Assembly: GCA_046563655.1 (NCBI GenBank)
Contig: CM102283.1
Location: 6,696,001-6,760,000, forward strand
Reading direction: 5' to 3'
Origin: Yuukianura sp. NJ FZ-2021
Lineage: Eukaryota
Length of the DNA stretch: 64,000 nt
This document shows positions 26,435 to 40,001 of the stretch, piece after piece. The position numbers and the translations under genes were made by a program. The notes below the pieces were generated by a model that ran no database searches, had not been told where the DNA came from, and saw only the letters and a program-made list of their open reading frames with translations. Each line of letters starts with the position of its first letter. Position 1 is the first letter of the stretch.

Positions 26435-28014
26435 CTGATGTGACACCGAGCTCCTCTTGGTAAGTTAAGTAGTAGATTTCGCACATTATAAGCAATCAAA
26501 TTTAGTTAGCTGATCATGTAAGATTTTTTGGTATGTACTCCACGTAATTTATGACGACTAATTCAAATTTTAGCGGGAAATTTAGTGTGAAGCACGCTAC
26601 TCTATACGTGACTCTAATATGCTGTAGCCATGATGTCACCCCATGTTGCCATGCGGATGTGGATGTGACCAATCCAAGGTCAAAGTGACTTGCGCTTATC
26701 TCACAACTCCTGATATCAACACTGGTTCCAGCTGGAAAGTCGTCAAGGACATTGATAAAGGAATTCCACGTGTAAATTACGTTATGAAGTGCTGGCGCAT
26801 GTCGTCGAGAAGGCGACAAACTCCAAGAGTTCGCAAAGCATACAGGATCGAATCAGTGACGTATGTTTTTACTGCGCAGAAAACCACGCCGTAGTTTTTA
26901 TGTAACTCAGAGGGCGCCTGCGCAGAATAAAAAAAATACTCCGTGACGTTTTACACTCCCCCTCCCTCCCACCTATATTCTGACTGCGCAAAAAATCGGG
27001 TGACTCAGACTGACCTTGTTGCTGATCGATTCCAACGCCCAGCAACAGACCGGCGCAGAAGAGTCAGTGACGTCGACGTATTAGTCCGAGTGTGGGTGGT
27101 GGGGGGTTCGGGATCGTTTCCGGCCGTTCCCGACAGATGAGTGGAGGGGGTTAGTGTTAACATACCACCCACTCGAGTCAGTATAGCATGGGATATACCA
27201 ATGATCATCCATTGGCAGACCCCTCTTGTGTGGAATCGGCGCAGAACGGGCTTTTTCGTATAACGCCAACGCCAGAACCAGGCTTTGTCAACAACAACTC
27301 CTGCTGCCCTCTTTAACAATTTAGTTTCCCCTCCTTTTTCCTATTTTGTGCTTTGTGCCTTTCATCAGTCGTCAATGACGAAAGGTAATTGGACGAAGGA
27401 GGAGACAAAACATCATTTTTTCTGAAATCACTGATATCTGTAACTGGCAAAGGTCAAAGGTCGAAGGCAGAGTAGAGAGGATTTTCATTGGTTACCTTGG
27501 CAACCCCAGTACAGCTGATTCTGCAAAGTACTATTGTTTTGAAGATTCGTTTACTGATTTCCATAAGATTATGGTTACGGGCTGTTGAAGTGAAGAGGTA
27601 AATCATGTCAACGAAGTTGTTAAATTTTGGTAATTAGAGTAGTATATTTTAGTATCCCTTTAGCAAGTTTTAGTAAAATTTAGTAAATGGTTTGGTGTGT
27701 ACTGATTATGTAACGTTTTTAGAAAAACTTTCACTTTGTGTATGTGGAAAGTGTATTTCTGGAACAATTTTAAATTTCTGTTATTCGAAATTAATCACAG
27801 TAAGCTGATGTTAATATTGCATTTTTTTTTATTTCTTAACAGGCCCTACTTGGCAAAATCGCGTTGGGAGTAGTTACTTAACTGGAAAAGTTTTCGGCAT
27901 GCGGCCTAAAGTGTGAATTTTGACAAGGTCAAGGACTTCAATTGACCCAGACAGATCAACTATCGATCTCTTGTGCAGAAACTTGTGCTAAGTTCAGCGT
28001 TATTTAGAGTTACA

Positions 28015-30861
28015 ATGACTTCGAATGCAAGTGCTAGTGAAAAGAAGGGAGCAGATGACAAGAATAAAAAAGATACTGCGATCAAAACTGAAAAAAGGGC
28101 CAGAGAAGCCGATGGAGGAGAGTACGATGAATGGGCCAAGAAACTTGTCAATCGTCCAATTCCTCAACTTCAACCTACGACATCCGGCACTAGTGTTGCT
28201 GGACAAATCTTTCAATCGGGCAACAATACTTTCTTAATTCATGGGCTAGGCAATAACACAACAACAGCGTTCGTTGGTGGTGATGGTCTCCCTCCACATA
28301 ACGGGTATGTTTTGTACTTAATTTTAACATCATGCTTTATTATATGCGTAGAACTAATCAATACTTCTGTTCAGGGTTGCCTGCTTTAAAGCGAAATGCT
28401 TTAAAGCAAGTGAATAAATCACGATTTAAAGCAGCAATTAAAAGCACTGCTTTAAAGCACATCAGCTATAAAGACTATTTTCGTTTAGAAAAGCACTTCC
28501 CGTGGAAGAAAAGCGCGCGATTATTTTAGATAACTGTTGTTTATGAGACGATTTAAAGTCAAAGACGTTTGAATTTGACTTGAAAACGTTAAACTGAATT
28601 TGTAATATAAGTTTTGTAGTGATTTGTTCGCGTTTGCGGTTTTTTATATCAAGTTCGGCTATTAAATTATTGTTTTATAATGCTAGTGCTTTAAAGCAGA
28701 AAAAAGCGCTTTAAATCAAAAAAAGCTGCTGCTTTGCTTTTTTTCAAAAAAATCATGATTTTTATCCACCCTGCTTCTGTTGTTCCTAAGGTTTGACATG
28801 GACAGTGCGATAGGACGGTTTACGTGGCTGGAATTGGGCGAAGAGAAAGACAAGTACGTCCCGTGTATTTACCGGGACGGAGAGCTATATTCTTGTATTC
28901 GAATGGCCGAACCCGTTTTAGATATTTTCTTCAAGACGTTGCCACCAGAAATCTCCAACGCCTTTATTCTGGACGGTCATAACGTAAGCCCTTTCAGTGC
29001 TATTATGATTCCAAAGGTCGCGAATACAGAATTAATGTTTGATTATTGTGATATTTTAGCTCACACAAACAGAAGCAAAACTGTTAACGTATATCAACAG
29101 TTGGCATTGTGATGGTTTTTATGGAACTGAACCGTTTACTGTCCAGGATCTCGTCGTTAAAACCTCAGATTTGGAAAAATACTATGCCTTTCTCAATTTT
29201 TCCTACCAAGTGCTGCACTCTGGTGGAGGAAATAAGGCTGAAGACTATACTAATTGTGGATTTGTAAAAGTGAATAACGATTCCTTGATTCCTTATACCG
29301 TCATGAGTGGAAATGACAAAGGAATTCCTCTTTTCTACTTTGAAGGACAAATCGACATCTTGAACGCAAAGTCACAGGTACGAGTACGTTTCGAATTCGT
29401 AAGTTTCAAGTTTCTGTCAACTTCTTGTTCCAAATGTCAATTTAATGTTTTCTCTTTGTTTCTGATGTAGTTTTTATCCGGTTGGGAACTTGCGTACTTA
29501 AAGCTATGCTGTAAAGTTCAAGGCGTAAGGAAGGACTTGATATCTGGAGAGAAGCTTCGTATTGTAAAGTTAGTTGACCTCAAAGGCTACTTTCCAAAAC
29601 GGACCACATTTGATGAGAACAATTGGCCAGCAGCCAAGTCGAAATCACTTCTACCTAAACAACAAAACATAGCAACATTTCGCTGGGAACCCCGAGTTAT
29701 TCCGAACGAGAGGTTCGACAAGAGTCGGAGCAACTCAGCCACTCTAACAACAAAATCATTTGGTATTGGCGCTTTCGCAACACATCACTATACAACTGCG
29801 AGCAACGGCGGTGCTGGCACAAACGTATCTCATTCTAATGTTCAAGCAACCCCGGGTCTCAATGTATCAACTCCAAGGAACGGCTACAATCTTAGCTCCG
29901 TGTCACCCGCTAACTCTGCCAATGCTTCCGGAACGGCGTCTATCATTTTGGGACCGAATGGAAGCCAGATCCAGGTACCAAAGAATCAAATTGTTGCAGC
30001 ACGAACAACCAATCTGTCAAAGATCCGAGCACCCGGTCCACCAGCGGACACGCAGAAGCTAAGCATCATCCCTGAGTTTACTGATTCAATGATGAACAGT
30101 AGCAGAGACCAACCGGCGTACTCCGTTAGAATGGTACGTTTTACATTCATCTACGCAAATTATAACCAATTAAGTAACTAATTGTCTCACGTTTCACGTA
30201 CTAACATGTTTTGCAGATCATAATTGACAAGGAAGTGCTGCACTGTATCAACCAGAAACCTCACAAATCCGACGTATATCTACTAGTACTCCAAGAATTT
30301 CTAATGAAGTTTTTCCCAACACCTCAAATTTCTATTTATCCCACTTGTGTCAGTGTTCTCAGGAATATTGGAATCACAACATATTTACCAAACAGGTCAG
30401 TCTTTTTCTAAAATGCTTGCCAGTTCATCCCGAAAACATAGTCGCACATTTTGAAATCAAATATTCATAAAAAGTCAAAAGATTGCCAGCATCGAGTTTC
30501 GATAAATTTACGAAGCTACGCAAATTGACCCCCGGAATTTAAAAGTATTTGAATTTCGTTTTTCAGTGCACAAGTTCGAGTCTTCAATGCCTTTGGATTT
30601 TCAATTTCCAAGGTCTGGGAACTCCCTCTCATCACTGCCACGGATGCTGCATCTCAACTAAACAAGCTAAAAACCATGTTGACCCCGAAACCAACTGCCA
30701 GCATCCGTACCTCCGTTCTCCAAAGTCGACTTCCGCCAATATCACCTATCAGCACCCCGTCTCCGCCAAGCAGCAATGCCCACCGGAATTATTCAGGAAG
30801 TACTGGACCCAGCCATGGCAGAACCACCAGAAGCACTTCAGCAGCCGCAGCTCATTGGTAA
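28015..30861 (+). CDS. Uncharacterised multi-exon protein (globular core plus low-complexity Ser/Thr/Asn region)
   Basis: Spliced frame is continuous: ...GRFTWLEL..KYVPCIYRDGELY...TEAKLLTYINSWHCDGFYG.EPFTVQDLVVK...CGFVKVNNDSLIPY...PLFYFEG...LSGWELAYLKLCCKVQGVR. Resembles an uncharacterised arthropod family I cannot name. Stop 30859-30861. Confidence 0.75.
28372..28773. mobile_element. hAT-like MITE in intron
   Basis: Ends CAGGGTTG / CCACCCTG. Perfect 8-bp TSD CTTCTGTT (28364-28371, 28774-28781). Internal repeated palindrome GCTTTAAAGC. Confidence 0.8.
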
Positions 30862-31447
30862 ACAGACGCTGAATTCAGAGGAAACGACGCAGGGGTCGAT
30901 AAACCAAGGCTGAACACTCTACGACTCCCAGTGCTGGAAGTATCCCTATTTCTTCAAATGTACTTTGGAGATGTAAGGTTAGGAAGTAAGTACAGAAGTC
31001 CTTAATTTAAGTTAATTGCCAAATATAATTAATTATCTGTCCCTCGAAATGCTGAATAGTTTTTAAACTCTTTGTTACAAGGAATTTTCGTAAATAAATT
31101 ATTGTATGCTATCTTATTATATAATGTAATGAACTTCTACGCATACACCTAAGCTAAAAACAAGAAATAAAATTCCCCGCGTGCTAAATGTGTTGAAAAG
31201 TTATTCATTTCTACGGGTTTAGAAGAACCTACAAACGTTTACCAAACGTTTCAAGTTCCAGTTTATCAGTGCTCGGAAAAAGTGAAACCTTAATTGTAAT
31301 TACTGTAAAACTAAGTCAATTTACATAACTCTTGTAGAAAAAGAAGACTTTAGGGGCTGGATGCCTTTGAAGTTCACTCCTAATAAGAAAAATGAGATGT
31401 AGCCTGTAGAATTTTTTCAGTTGCGAGCTGTGACTCGCGATGAATCT

Positions 31448-32955
31448 TTAGACTTCGTTATGATCGGGAGCAGGGAGGATGATGATTGGTTGTCCACCGT
31501 TGAATGGATTCATAGGCTCCTCATCCGTTTTGCTATAAAAATTAAGACAACTTATTAGTAAGTTGTCAATCTACACATTTCACTTTAACTTTAAGATATA
31601 AATCGACAAGCGCTATACTTGAAACTCACTGATTCATAGTTTCTTTGTAGTACTCGATTTGACTCAGAAGGTTAGCCTTCTCCAGTTCCCATTCAATTTT
31701 CATTCGGTGAATTGTCTGGACATGTTCTTCCTTCAAGTTAGCATATCTCATGTTATGATTCCTTTGAATACGCTCTAACTTCATTGAGTAGTCGGTCTCC
31801 ATCTCCTTAATTTTGGCCTGCAGCGCTTCTTCCTGTGGAGTGGGAGTTGGTGCAGGTTCTAAATGTTAAAAACCGACTTTAGTTAATGCCAAAGTTGAAG
31901 GTTTAGAATTGAATTCCAGAAAAAAGTGCACTTGATTACTTTTGTTGGAAGCCGGTGTTGCCGACGCTGATGCAGCGCTAGGCTGGGCTTTTGGAGCGCG
32001 AGGTGTAGAAGTTTCGGACTTGGGAGCCCTTCCTCGTTTCTGAGTAGAAGTCGCTGCAGTATTTGGAGTAGTGTTGTTATTAGTTTCTGTTTTCTCCGAA
32101 TTTCCAGCAGAAGTTGATTTTTGTGCCTTCTTTGGAGTATTGGATGCTGAAGTTTGCTTTTTGGGGCTGGGAATGGGAACGGGAGACGGAAATCCTTCTT
32201 GTTTCACAAGTTTAGGTGGCGGCTCATCCGGCCCCGATTCGTTTTCTGACGATGACTCCGATGAAGCATTACGGCGCTTTTTTCGGGAGCGATTCGATCT
32301 GCGTGGTTTGGGTTCAGGTTGAGCCGCTGGTGTCCAGTCGTCATCGTCAGAATCCATAACTTCACCATCATCTGGAACGTCTTCCTCCTCGTATCCGGGC
32401 TCTGATTGTTCTTGTTCCTCTTCGCCGGATTGCTCGTCCCCTGTGTTTTATATCAAAACAAATGAAAGCTGGTAACCCTCATGTTGTAAATCTTATCCAA
32501 ATCAAATCCAATTACTCTAATTACTTCGAGTTCGAACTAACTGGAGCATCAAGTCTCTTACCGCCATTTTGATACTCGTCTTCGCTTTCGTCTTCTTCGT
32601 CATCCAGTGCATCTTGTTGAACAGCAGCTATAACTTTACATGGACACGTCAGCGTAACTTTTCTGCAGGAAGGACAATAGCTTCTTTTCTGTTTGGTGGC
32701 CGGTAATTCCACATCAAATACGGAAGGAACATAATCTTCGGAATCTGGATTCAAACTTCTCGTTCCTGTCCGGAAATGTCTGGAGCAGATTCTTGTGGTT
32801 GGTTTAAGGACAAAATCAGCAGGTAAACTGCAGATAGTCTTCCATTCTTCTGCTAGATTTATATCCTTGGGAAACGGAATCAGCGTCACGGAAGGATCTT
32901 TGGATACCCCTCCTCTGCGCTTACAGGAAGCGACGCAACATCCTAGTCGAGGCAT
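31448..32955 (-). CDS. THAP (C2CH zinc finger) protein with acidic linker and C-terminal coiled coil
   Basis: MPRLGCCVASC...IPFPKD...EEWKTIC...TRICSRHF...YVPSVF matches the THAP signature. 4 coding exons; stop 31448-31450; no transposase catalytic domain. Confidence 0.85.
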
Positions 32956-34309
32956 TACCAATACCAACGGCCAATTGTAACGATACCTGCAAATATTAAT
33001 TATGAAATAAGTATGGATCCCCACCAACTATGTAGAAGTAACATCTAAAAAAAAGTATCGATTAACTGTATGGTGTAAGGTTGCAATTCATCATTTAACC
33101 TACCCCACTTAACGTTGACCAAAATTAATAGAACCCACCGAAGGATTGTACGAAGGACTAAAAGACCGAGCTTCTTCGATAATCTGTACGTCCTTTTATG
33201 TCAATCTTTGATAAGTTTTTAACGTTAAAATTTTAACATGTAACGTAATTTTGAAAATCAAAACAATCTTCTTGTTTGGTGAAAATCGGGTGGGAAAAAC
33301 ATGAATACACAAAGATACGAAAATGCAGTTAACACTGATGCTTTTTTCTGGTGCGGGTGGCGTACACACCATAATAATTGTGCCACCATATTTTATTGCT
33401 AGACTTTTTTTTAAATTTAATTTTAATGCCTTTCATCCTCTCCCTCATCAATAGTGAAGGATAATTTTTTATTAGACAGTACAACTTAGAAATCTCGGTT
33501 TTAAATATATAATTTACATTTTAATTCACATTACGTATGTCGGCACGTATGTTACGTTTCGAACTTCGGGTGAAGGTAAGGATTAATGGCCCTTATTTGT
33601 AGTCGCGCAGTGCAACCGCTCCGGCATTTTTAGTTAATTTAGCATTTAGCATAAAATCCAATTCACATTTTAAGCCATAAAACTTGATGATAAATTAATA
33701 CTTTAATTTTATGATAAAAGTATAAGGTTTTTTACGAAAATTTTGCAAGACTACTTCAGTACATATGGCATAATATATTGCATAAGAGCAAAGATATAAA
33801 TTCAAACACATCCGAAAGTTAGAGTACAAGTGAATCTACTACTAAATTGTGGAACACGTCCACAATTTGGAATGCAGGGGAATTTTTTACCAAAGAAACA
33901 CTGATACTACATCCTGGGACTGTTCCAAACGCCACAATGACAACTTACGCCGCCACCATAAACCTAAAGTAAAGTGGCCGCATAAAGTTCCACAGTAGCC
34001 ACACATTATAGCAGCCACTGAAGATCGGCAGTGTGGCTACACTGTGCGTCTACAATGACGGTCGTTAATGCTTACCCCAACCGAACTTCGTTATTTGCAA
34101 TGCCCAAATATGTGTTCAGTAGCCCGATGTACAATTGCAGAAGCAGCTGTTTGCGTGTGTTGAGGTTTGCCAGTTGTCGTTGTCATTGACTGCGGTGTCC
34201 GGTCCATGTCATATCTTTTAGCTGTTCTAGTGTTGAATTAGTTTTTTTTCGCATTTTTGAAGTCGAGCGATTCAATTTGCATTGAATTAACTGGGTAACT
34301 GACTTCGAA

Positions 34310-37169
34310 ATGTCTTCAGCAGATTGGGACGAGGTCAAACGTTTGGCTGCAGATTTTCAGCGGGCTCAACTTACCGCTGCAGCGCAAAGGTTAATTAATT
34401 ATAATCAAACTAAAATGCAAATTAAGGTTACTTTAGTCCTTTAACCTTGTTTTTTAGATTAACTGAACGAAACTGTGTGGAGATTGTCAACAAATTGATT
34501 GAGTTAAAACTTTTAGACGTCGTTTTTACGTCCGATGGTAAAGAATATGTCACGCCGCAACAGTTGGGGAAAGAAATTCTGGACGAACTCTATGTCCATG
34601 GAGGTAATTCGATTTTTTATTACCGCTTTGTGCTGGTTGGGGGGATTTATTTATGTGGACTTTTTATTCAGGACGATTACCGATGGTGGATTTGGCGTCA
34701 ACCCTGAACGTCTCCCTTGGCGTCGTCACCTCTCGGGCAACTGACCTCCTAAAAAGTGAAAAGGGACTTCATCTTGTCCTTGGGCAACTCATTACCACTG
34801 CCTTTCTGGACTCGTTCGCTCACGACGTGAATGAAAAATTGATTCAAGATGGTGTCGTTAGCTTGCATGAGCTGTCGAAAACTTCGGATTTACCGGGAGA
34901 CTTTCTTATTGAACAAATGATACGACGTATTGGTAAAATTATCAAAGGAAAACAGGACGAAACTGAGAACTGGATGATTTACACTGACACGTTTGTTCAG
35001 CGAAATACGGCCAAGTTACGTGGAATACTTTCAGGGATCATGCGACCTACTCCGCTGCATCAAATCATGAACAAAGTGAACCAGTTATCCGAAAAACTGT
35101 TTTTCGGTAAGTTTTTTTTTTCCTGTTGCAGTAAATCATGTGATGTAAACATTATATTTTTCTATTTCAATAGCGATTCTGAAAAAGTTGTTGGCCTCCA
35201 AGCGGATTGATGGAGTTCTGTCTGGCTCTTCGCGGACTTCATACTACATCCCCAGCATTTACACCAGAGCTCAAGTAAATTATATTGAGCGGTTCATGAA
35301 TGGGAATGGATACGTTGATTTGGACGCAGCAGCTCGTTTTGGAATCAGTGAACCAAAAACGTTCATCCAGAAGCGATTCCCCAACCAAGAGTTGGTTTTC
35401 CTCAAAACATGCTGTTTGGGTGAACAACTGTTTACTCAGGTCAAGGACTCCGTGGAAGAAAGTCTGATTAGTCCAGGTTGGGTAGATGTCGGATCAGTTC
35501 TGCCGTTTGGAATAAGCGAAGATGAAGTGAGCCTTCTGTTGCAGCAAATTCCACGAACTCCAGATTCGCTGACGATTGGATCCTGTATCATCTCTTCTTC
35601 CCTTGTCGATTCGCTAAAAGAACAATTCCGCCCCCTAATGGCAGAGCACAGTGTCAAGGTAATGTTGGCCACCACCGGAACCTTTCATTTTGATTCGTCC
35701 AACATTCTCTATTTTGAGTTTTTGTTGTTCAGGATGTCGAATCGGGGAAATATGTCGAAATCATGACACAAGTCCGCGCTGCCGAAAAGAAAGCGAAAAA
35801 CGCAGCCTTCAACGCCGCCGAGTCTGACTCCCGTGGTCACAAAGTAGGTTTCAATTTATAAAGAATTTTGCATTTACTGCTATACGCTGAAACGCTGATT
35901 TTTATATGAATTTAACACTGCAATGCTATCATTTTTTTTTCAGAAAGAAGACCGTCGTAAAAAAGCAGCCGCTGGTGGGAAAGGTGGCGGAGGTACTCAA
36001 GGACGTGAATCAAAAACTAAATCAACCAAGAAGGTTGGCAATTCGAGCGGAACATTTTTTAGTCGGAGTTCGATTAACTGATGTTTCTTTTCAATTGACA
36101 GAAATATTTAGCTGGTCGTAAAGATGAATCGGAGTCTGAGGAAGAAGTTCCAAGACAAACGGGTGAAGGTGACCGCACCGGCAACAGTGGTGGTAAAAAT
36201 GTCGTCCCTACGCTAACATTTTTGAGTCCAAAGGAAATTATCAACAAGCTCCAAAAGGAAGACATCCTAGCGGAAGCGCCGAACGAAATTTTGAAGGGAA
36301 TCACAAATCGGATTCTTCCGTGAGTTGGCTTCAGTTAAAAAGAAATCGTTAGTTCAGTAATCATGATTTTTTTGTATGTCGAAGGTCACTGCAAGCGGAG
36401 TACCAACTTGTGGTTAAAAAGGCTTACGACGCATTTGTGTCAGAGCAAGTGGGACAGAAGTCAAAGGAAGAGCTAAGTGTGAAGGCTAAGAAGTTGATCA
36501 CCTTTATGAAACTGTACACAATGGGCCTGGATGCTTTTGACTCTGATGATGCAAAGTCGCAGTTGGAGAAATACTTACTTCGAAACTTTGGCCAAGAAGT
36601 AATCAATGCTCTGACGGAATACTTTCTAGTTGAAGCTGGAATCCAAGACGGGAACGTAAGTAAACATTATCTATATTAAAGTTCTTAACCTCGATTGATG
36701 ATTGATCGCTATATTCACGTAGACTGCCGATCTTCAGGACCCGGCACTGGTGACAGAGTTGATGAGTCTATCAAAAGTATCAACTGCAACTGAATTCCAG
36801 AGTAAAGTTGAGAAGATCTTCCAAGTCCGCGTGGGAAAGAACGTGGACGACGTACTTATGGAAGCCCGTGAAAGTTTAGAAGCACAGTTAACAGCCGCAG
36901 AAGAAGCCAAAGACCCTGCATTGTTCCTGCATGTCTTCGTCCTCATAGTTTTCAGTCACCTAAACAAAAGCCTCTTGTCTGCCAGTGGAAAGTTTGTGCC
37001 GCAAATAATTACTCAGTTATCCAAAGGACTATCGGAGGAAGATTACACGAAACTAAAAGTTGCCCAGGATTCGGTTATGCAACATATCAAAACTAAGGGT
37101 GTCCAGGGTCAAGTTGACGCAGTATATGACTTGAAGGCTCTTCTAAAATCAATCCAGAAAAAAGGTTGA
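34310..37169 (+). CDS. UFL1: E3 UFM1-protein ligase 1
   Basis: [21 protein letters not shown]...[14 protein letters not shown]...[54 protein letters not shown]. Confidence 0.95.
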
Positions 37170-37597
37170 ATGGAAAGCAGGAAATCATCGTTCTTCCAAT
37201 TTGATTTTTACCCTATTTTAACAATTTGTGAAGATATTCACATTGTTGTAATAAATTGTGCAATCAGCGTATTATTTGAATAAAAATAATATGTTATAAC
37301 TTATAAATTAAAGTTTATAATTTTCAGTTGTGAAAGTGCGCCTGCGACGCGAGTTAGAGAAGAGAGTGACGTAAAATTGGCATAGAAAGAGTAAGCCGCC
37401 AATCAGCTGTTCGATCATGTGTTGAGGGAGCTTGACTAAAAAATTGACACTGACTCTCGAAAATTATTTTGTAATACTTTTGACGATTAATCTAAGATCA
37501 ATTAAACTTAGTTTGGCAATTAGTTGTGCGTTGATTCTTTTTAAGGCTAATTGGAGTTTACTAAATTTTCGATTTCTGTTACCAACTACGAGGTAAA

Positions 37598-39332
37598 ATG
37601 GACAACAACGGTATCACCCGGTACCAGAAAATTCATGACTTCGATATCGGTATGGTTCGCTTCTCATTCAAATCAGCTTCTTATTAGTAGTATATCGATT
37701 CCTGATGCTTTGTTGTGCTGCTCAGGTATTGGTGGTTCCGATCAGAGTTTCATACGGCTTGTCGACATGCCAGTTGGCGACATCATATCAACGGAATTCA
37801 GATTCTTTACTTGGCTACTCCTTGAGCAAGAGTGTAGTAGCAAAACTGAGGCCAACTTACAAGCGAAACAGTACAAGAACAACTTACAATTGCAGTTGGC
37901 ATATGACAGTCCTGGACCTGGCGGTGACACCACAGATGCTACATCTAGACAAATTGTCTATGACCGCGACGGTCATACAAAGCGCAATGTGACCATGAAA
38001 CGTACCTCTCTAGGATCTAATTTTGCTGTAATCAATTGTTTTGCCCTCCCTTGCAACTTTAACTTATTTTCTTTATTAGATGCGGAGAGATTACTAAGAG
38101 CTGTTGGGGTGTCACTACCGTTTGAACAATTGACTGAGGACGACCGAGCTCAGCTCTTTCGCCTGTTCTACTCCCAAACCAAATTACTGAGGCAAGAACA
38201 GTACAGGTAAGAACTTTTGGAGAATGCCATTTTTAGTAACAGATTTCATGTCACCGTTTTACTTTTACATTTGAAAGCTCACTCCTGACTCTATATGAAG
38301 CGCTTCGAAAGCGATCCAAATTTCGTGAAGAGTTTGCTATCCTGGACACCCTTGGAGATGGACAGTTTGGCGTTGTGTATGCTGTCACAACCAAGGAAGC
38401 AAATTCAAGCAATTATGCCATGAAACAAATCCGTCTCAGTTCCTTTGATGCTTATGACGACATTATGATGATTGTCAACGAGTCAATGATACTTCGCCAA
38501 CTTGGTCAACATCCCAACATTGTGAGTTACGTGGATGCCTGGCTGGAAGTGCATGAAGGTGATACAGAGCCCTTGGTGCCAGTATTTTTCCTACAGATGG
38601 AACTTGGACACGTTAACCTCAGTCGTTGGAGAGATGAGAATCCCCAAGTAAAACTTAGTACAGAATTGGTTTTCCGAATTACCAAAGAGCTTCTTAATGC
38701 ACTGGAATGGATCCACACCAGGAAATGTCTTCACCTGGATATCAATGTAAGTTTTCAGCATTCCTGTTTCTGAATTTTTGAAAGTTTAACTTTTCTTTTC
38801 ACTTGTAAATAGCCAAGAAACATTTTATGGTCGGACGCTAGCTGTTCATCCGTCAAGATGGCCGATTTCGGCCTTGCTGTCTGCGCCGAAACTTGTAATG
38901 ATTCTCGAGGTCGAGGTACATTTCCATACTACGCTCCTGAAAATTGTCTTACTGCTAAGGTAAAACTGAACACTGGATTTATGATTTATATCTTATTTTG
39001 AAAACAGCGAGCTGACAAGTTTTCTTCCTTTAGAGTGACATTTATTCCATGGGAGTAACCATATTTGAACTGTCGCAAAATATGTCAACAAAATCGGAGT
39101 TAGTAGGACGGATTAGATCCAACGATCTGATGACTAAAATCCCTTTTCTGGTATGGTATTAACATGAAAACAATCTGAACAACTTTTAGTAAAGTTTTAT
39201 CTAATTCTTTGATTTGTCTAGGACAAAGTCATACCGTCAATGCTGAGCAAGCATGCTGGCAAACGTCCTACCATTTCAGAGATATTGAAAACATTGGAAC
39301 TGGATACTTATGCTTCTGACGAGCCTTCTTGA
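37598..39332 (+). CDS. Divergent Ser/Thr protein kinase, eIF2-alpha-kinase (HRI-like) / Wee-like
   Basis: SKFREEFAILDTLGDGQFGVVY, YAMK, HPNIVSYVDAWLE, FFLQMEL, HLDINPRN, VKMADFGLA, GTFPYYAPE, KSDIYSMGV. Start codon uncertain. Confidence 0.8.
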
Positions 39333-39396
39333 GAACAATTACGCGCCAGCAGATCTCAATACTGGTCATGATGTGTTCATGGAGTTGCATATGTTT

Positions 39397-40001
39397 TTAA
39401 TGTACGTCTCCCAAAATATCGAAATTGTACAAAATGATACGACCGTAAAAGTCAGTGCTGGTTGAAAATTGTAAGTAGAATTTGGACCCTGTTAAGCTAT
39501 TTGACACTAGTGAAAATTCCTGGACAGAATTGGTATCTTTAGGTGAAAAGCGGAATGGTTTTGGGAAAAGATCATTAGTACTTTGGTCTTCCAGATTTTG
39601 GCTGGAGGGCATGATACCCAGTTCGCAGTCTTTCCCTGCGAACCCTCCTTGGAATTGTAGCTTAAACCCTGTGAGGGTCACTGGTTCACCGAATTCAAAG
39701 TGTATCCATTGAGGTGTACCCTGTTGTTACCATTTCTGTTAGTCAATTAACAGCATTCTGCTGTTAATCATGCATGTAAATATAGAATTGTTCCTACCTG
39801 ATCCGAATTCCAACAGGTTTCATCTCTTCCATCAAATAGAAATTTCTTTCCGTACACCTTCCGATCATTGTTCAGTACCGAACTCACCCTAAATTTTACA
39901 AAACAGGACACTGTTAACTTAATGTATCATTCATCAGTTAGTTAAACTAAGGTACAAACTTACTTGTATTCCGATATCTTGTCAACAATCGACGAAGGCA
40001 T
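39397..40001 (-). CDS. NR2C2AP: Nuclear receptor 2C2-associated protein (TRA16)
   Basis: VSSVLNND.K.YGKKFLFDG.DETCWNSDQGTPQWI, QFQGGFAG, F.TSTDFYGRIILY; 3 coding exons. Confidence 0.92.

Noticed and set aside
26514-27319. Several 60-100 aa ORFs in the intergenic region
   Set aside because: No splice-consistent structure or recognisable motifs; the region looks regulatory.
32521-33027. THAP domain as sign of a P-element/Galileo transposase that might mobilise the foldback element
   Set aside because: No DDE/RNase H domain or flanking TIRs; ordinary host THAP protein with introns.
33991-34046. Hairpin CACAGTAGCCACAC...GTGTGGCTACACTGTG upstream of UFL1
   Set aside because: Short isolated inverted repeat with no TSD, miRNA-like stem or other support.
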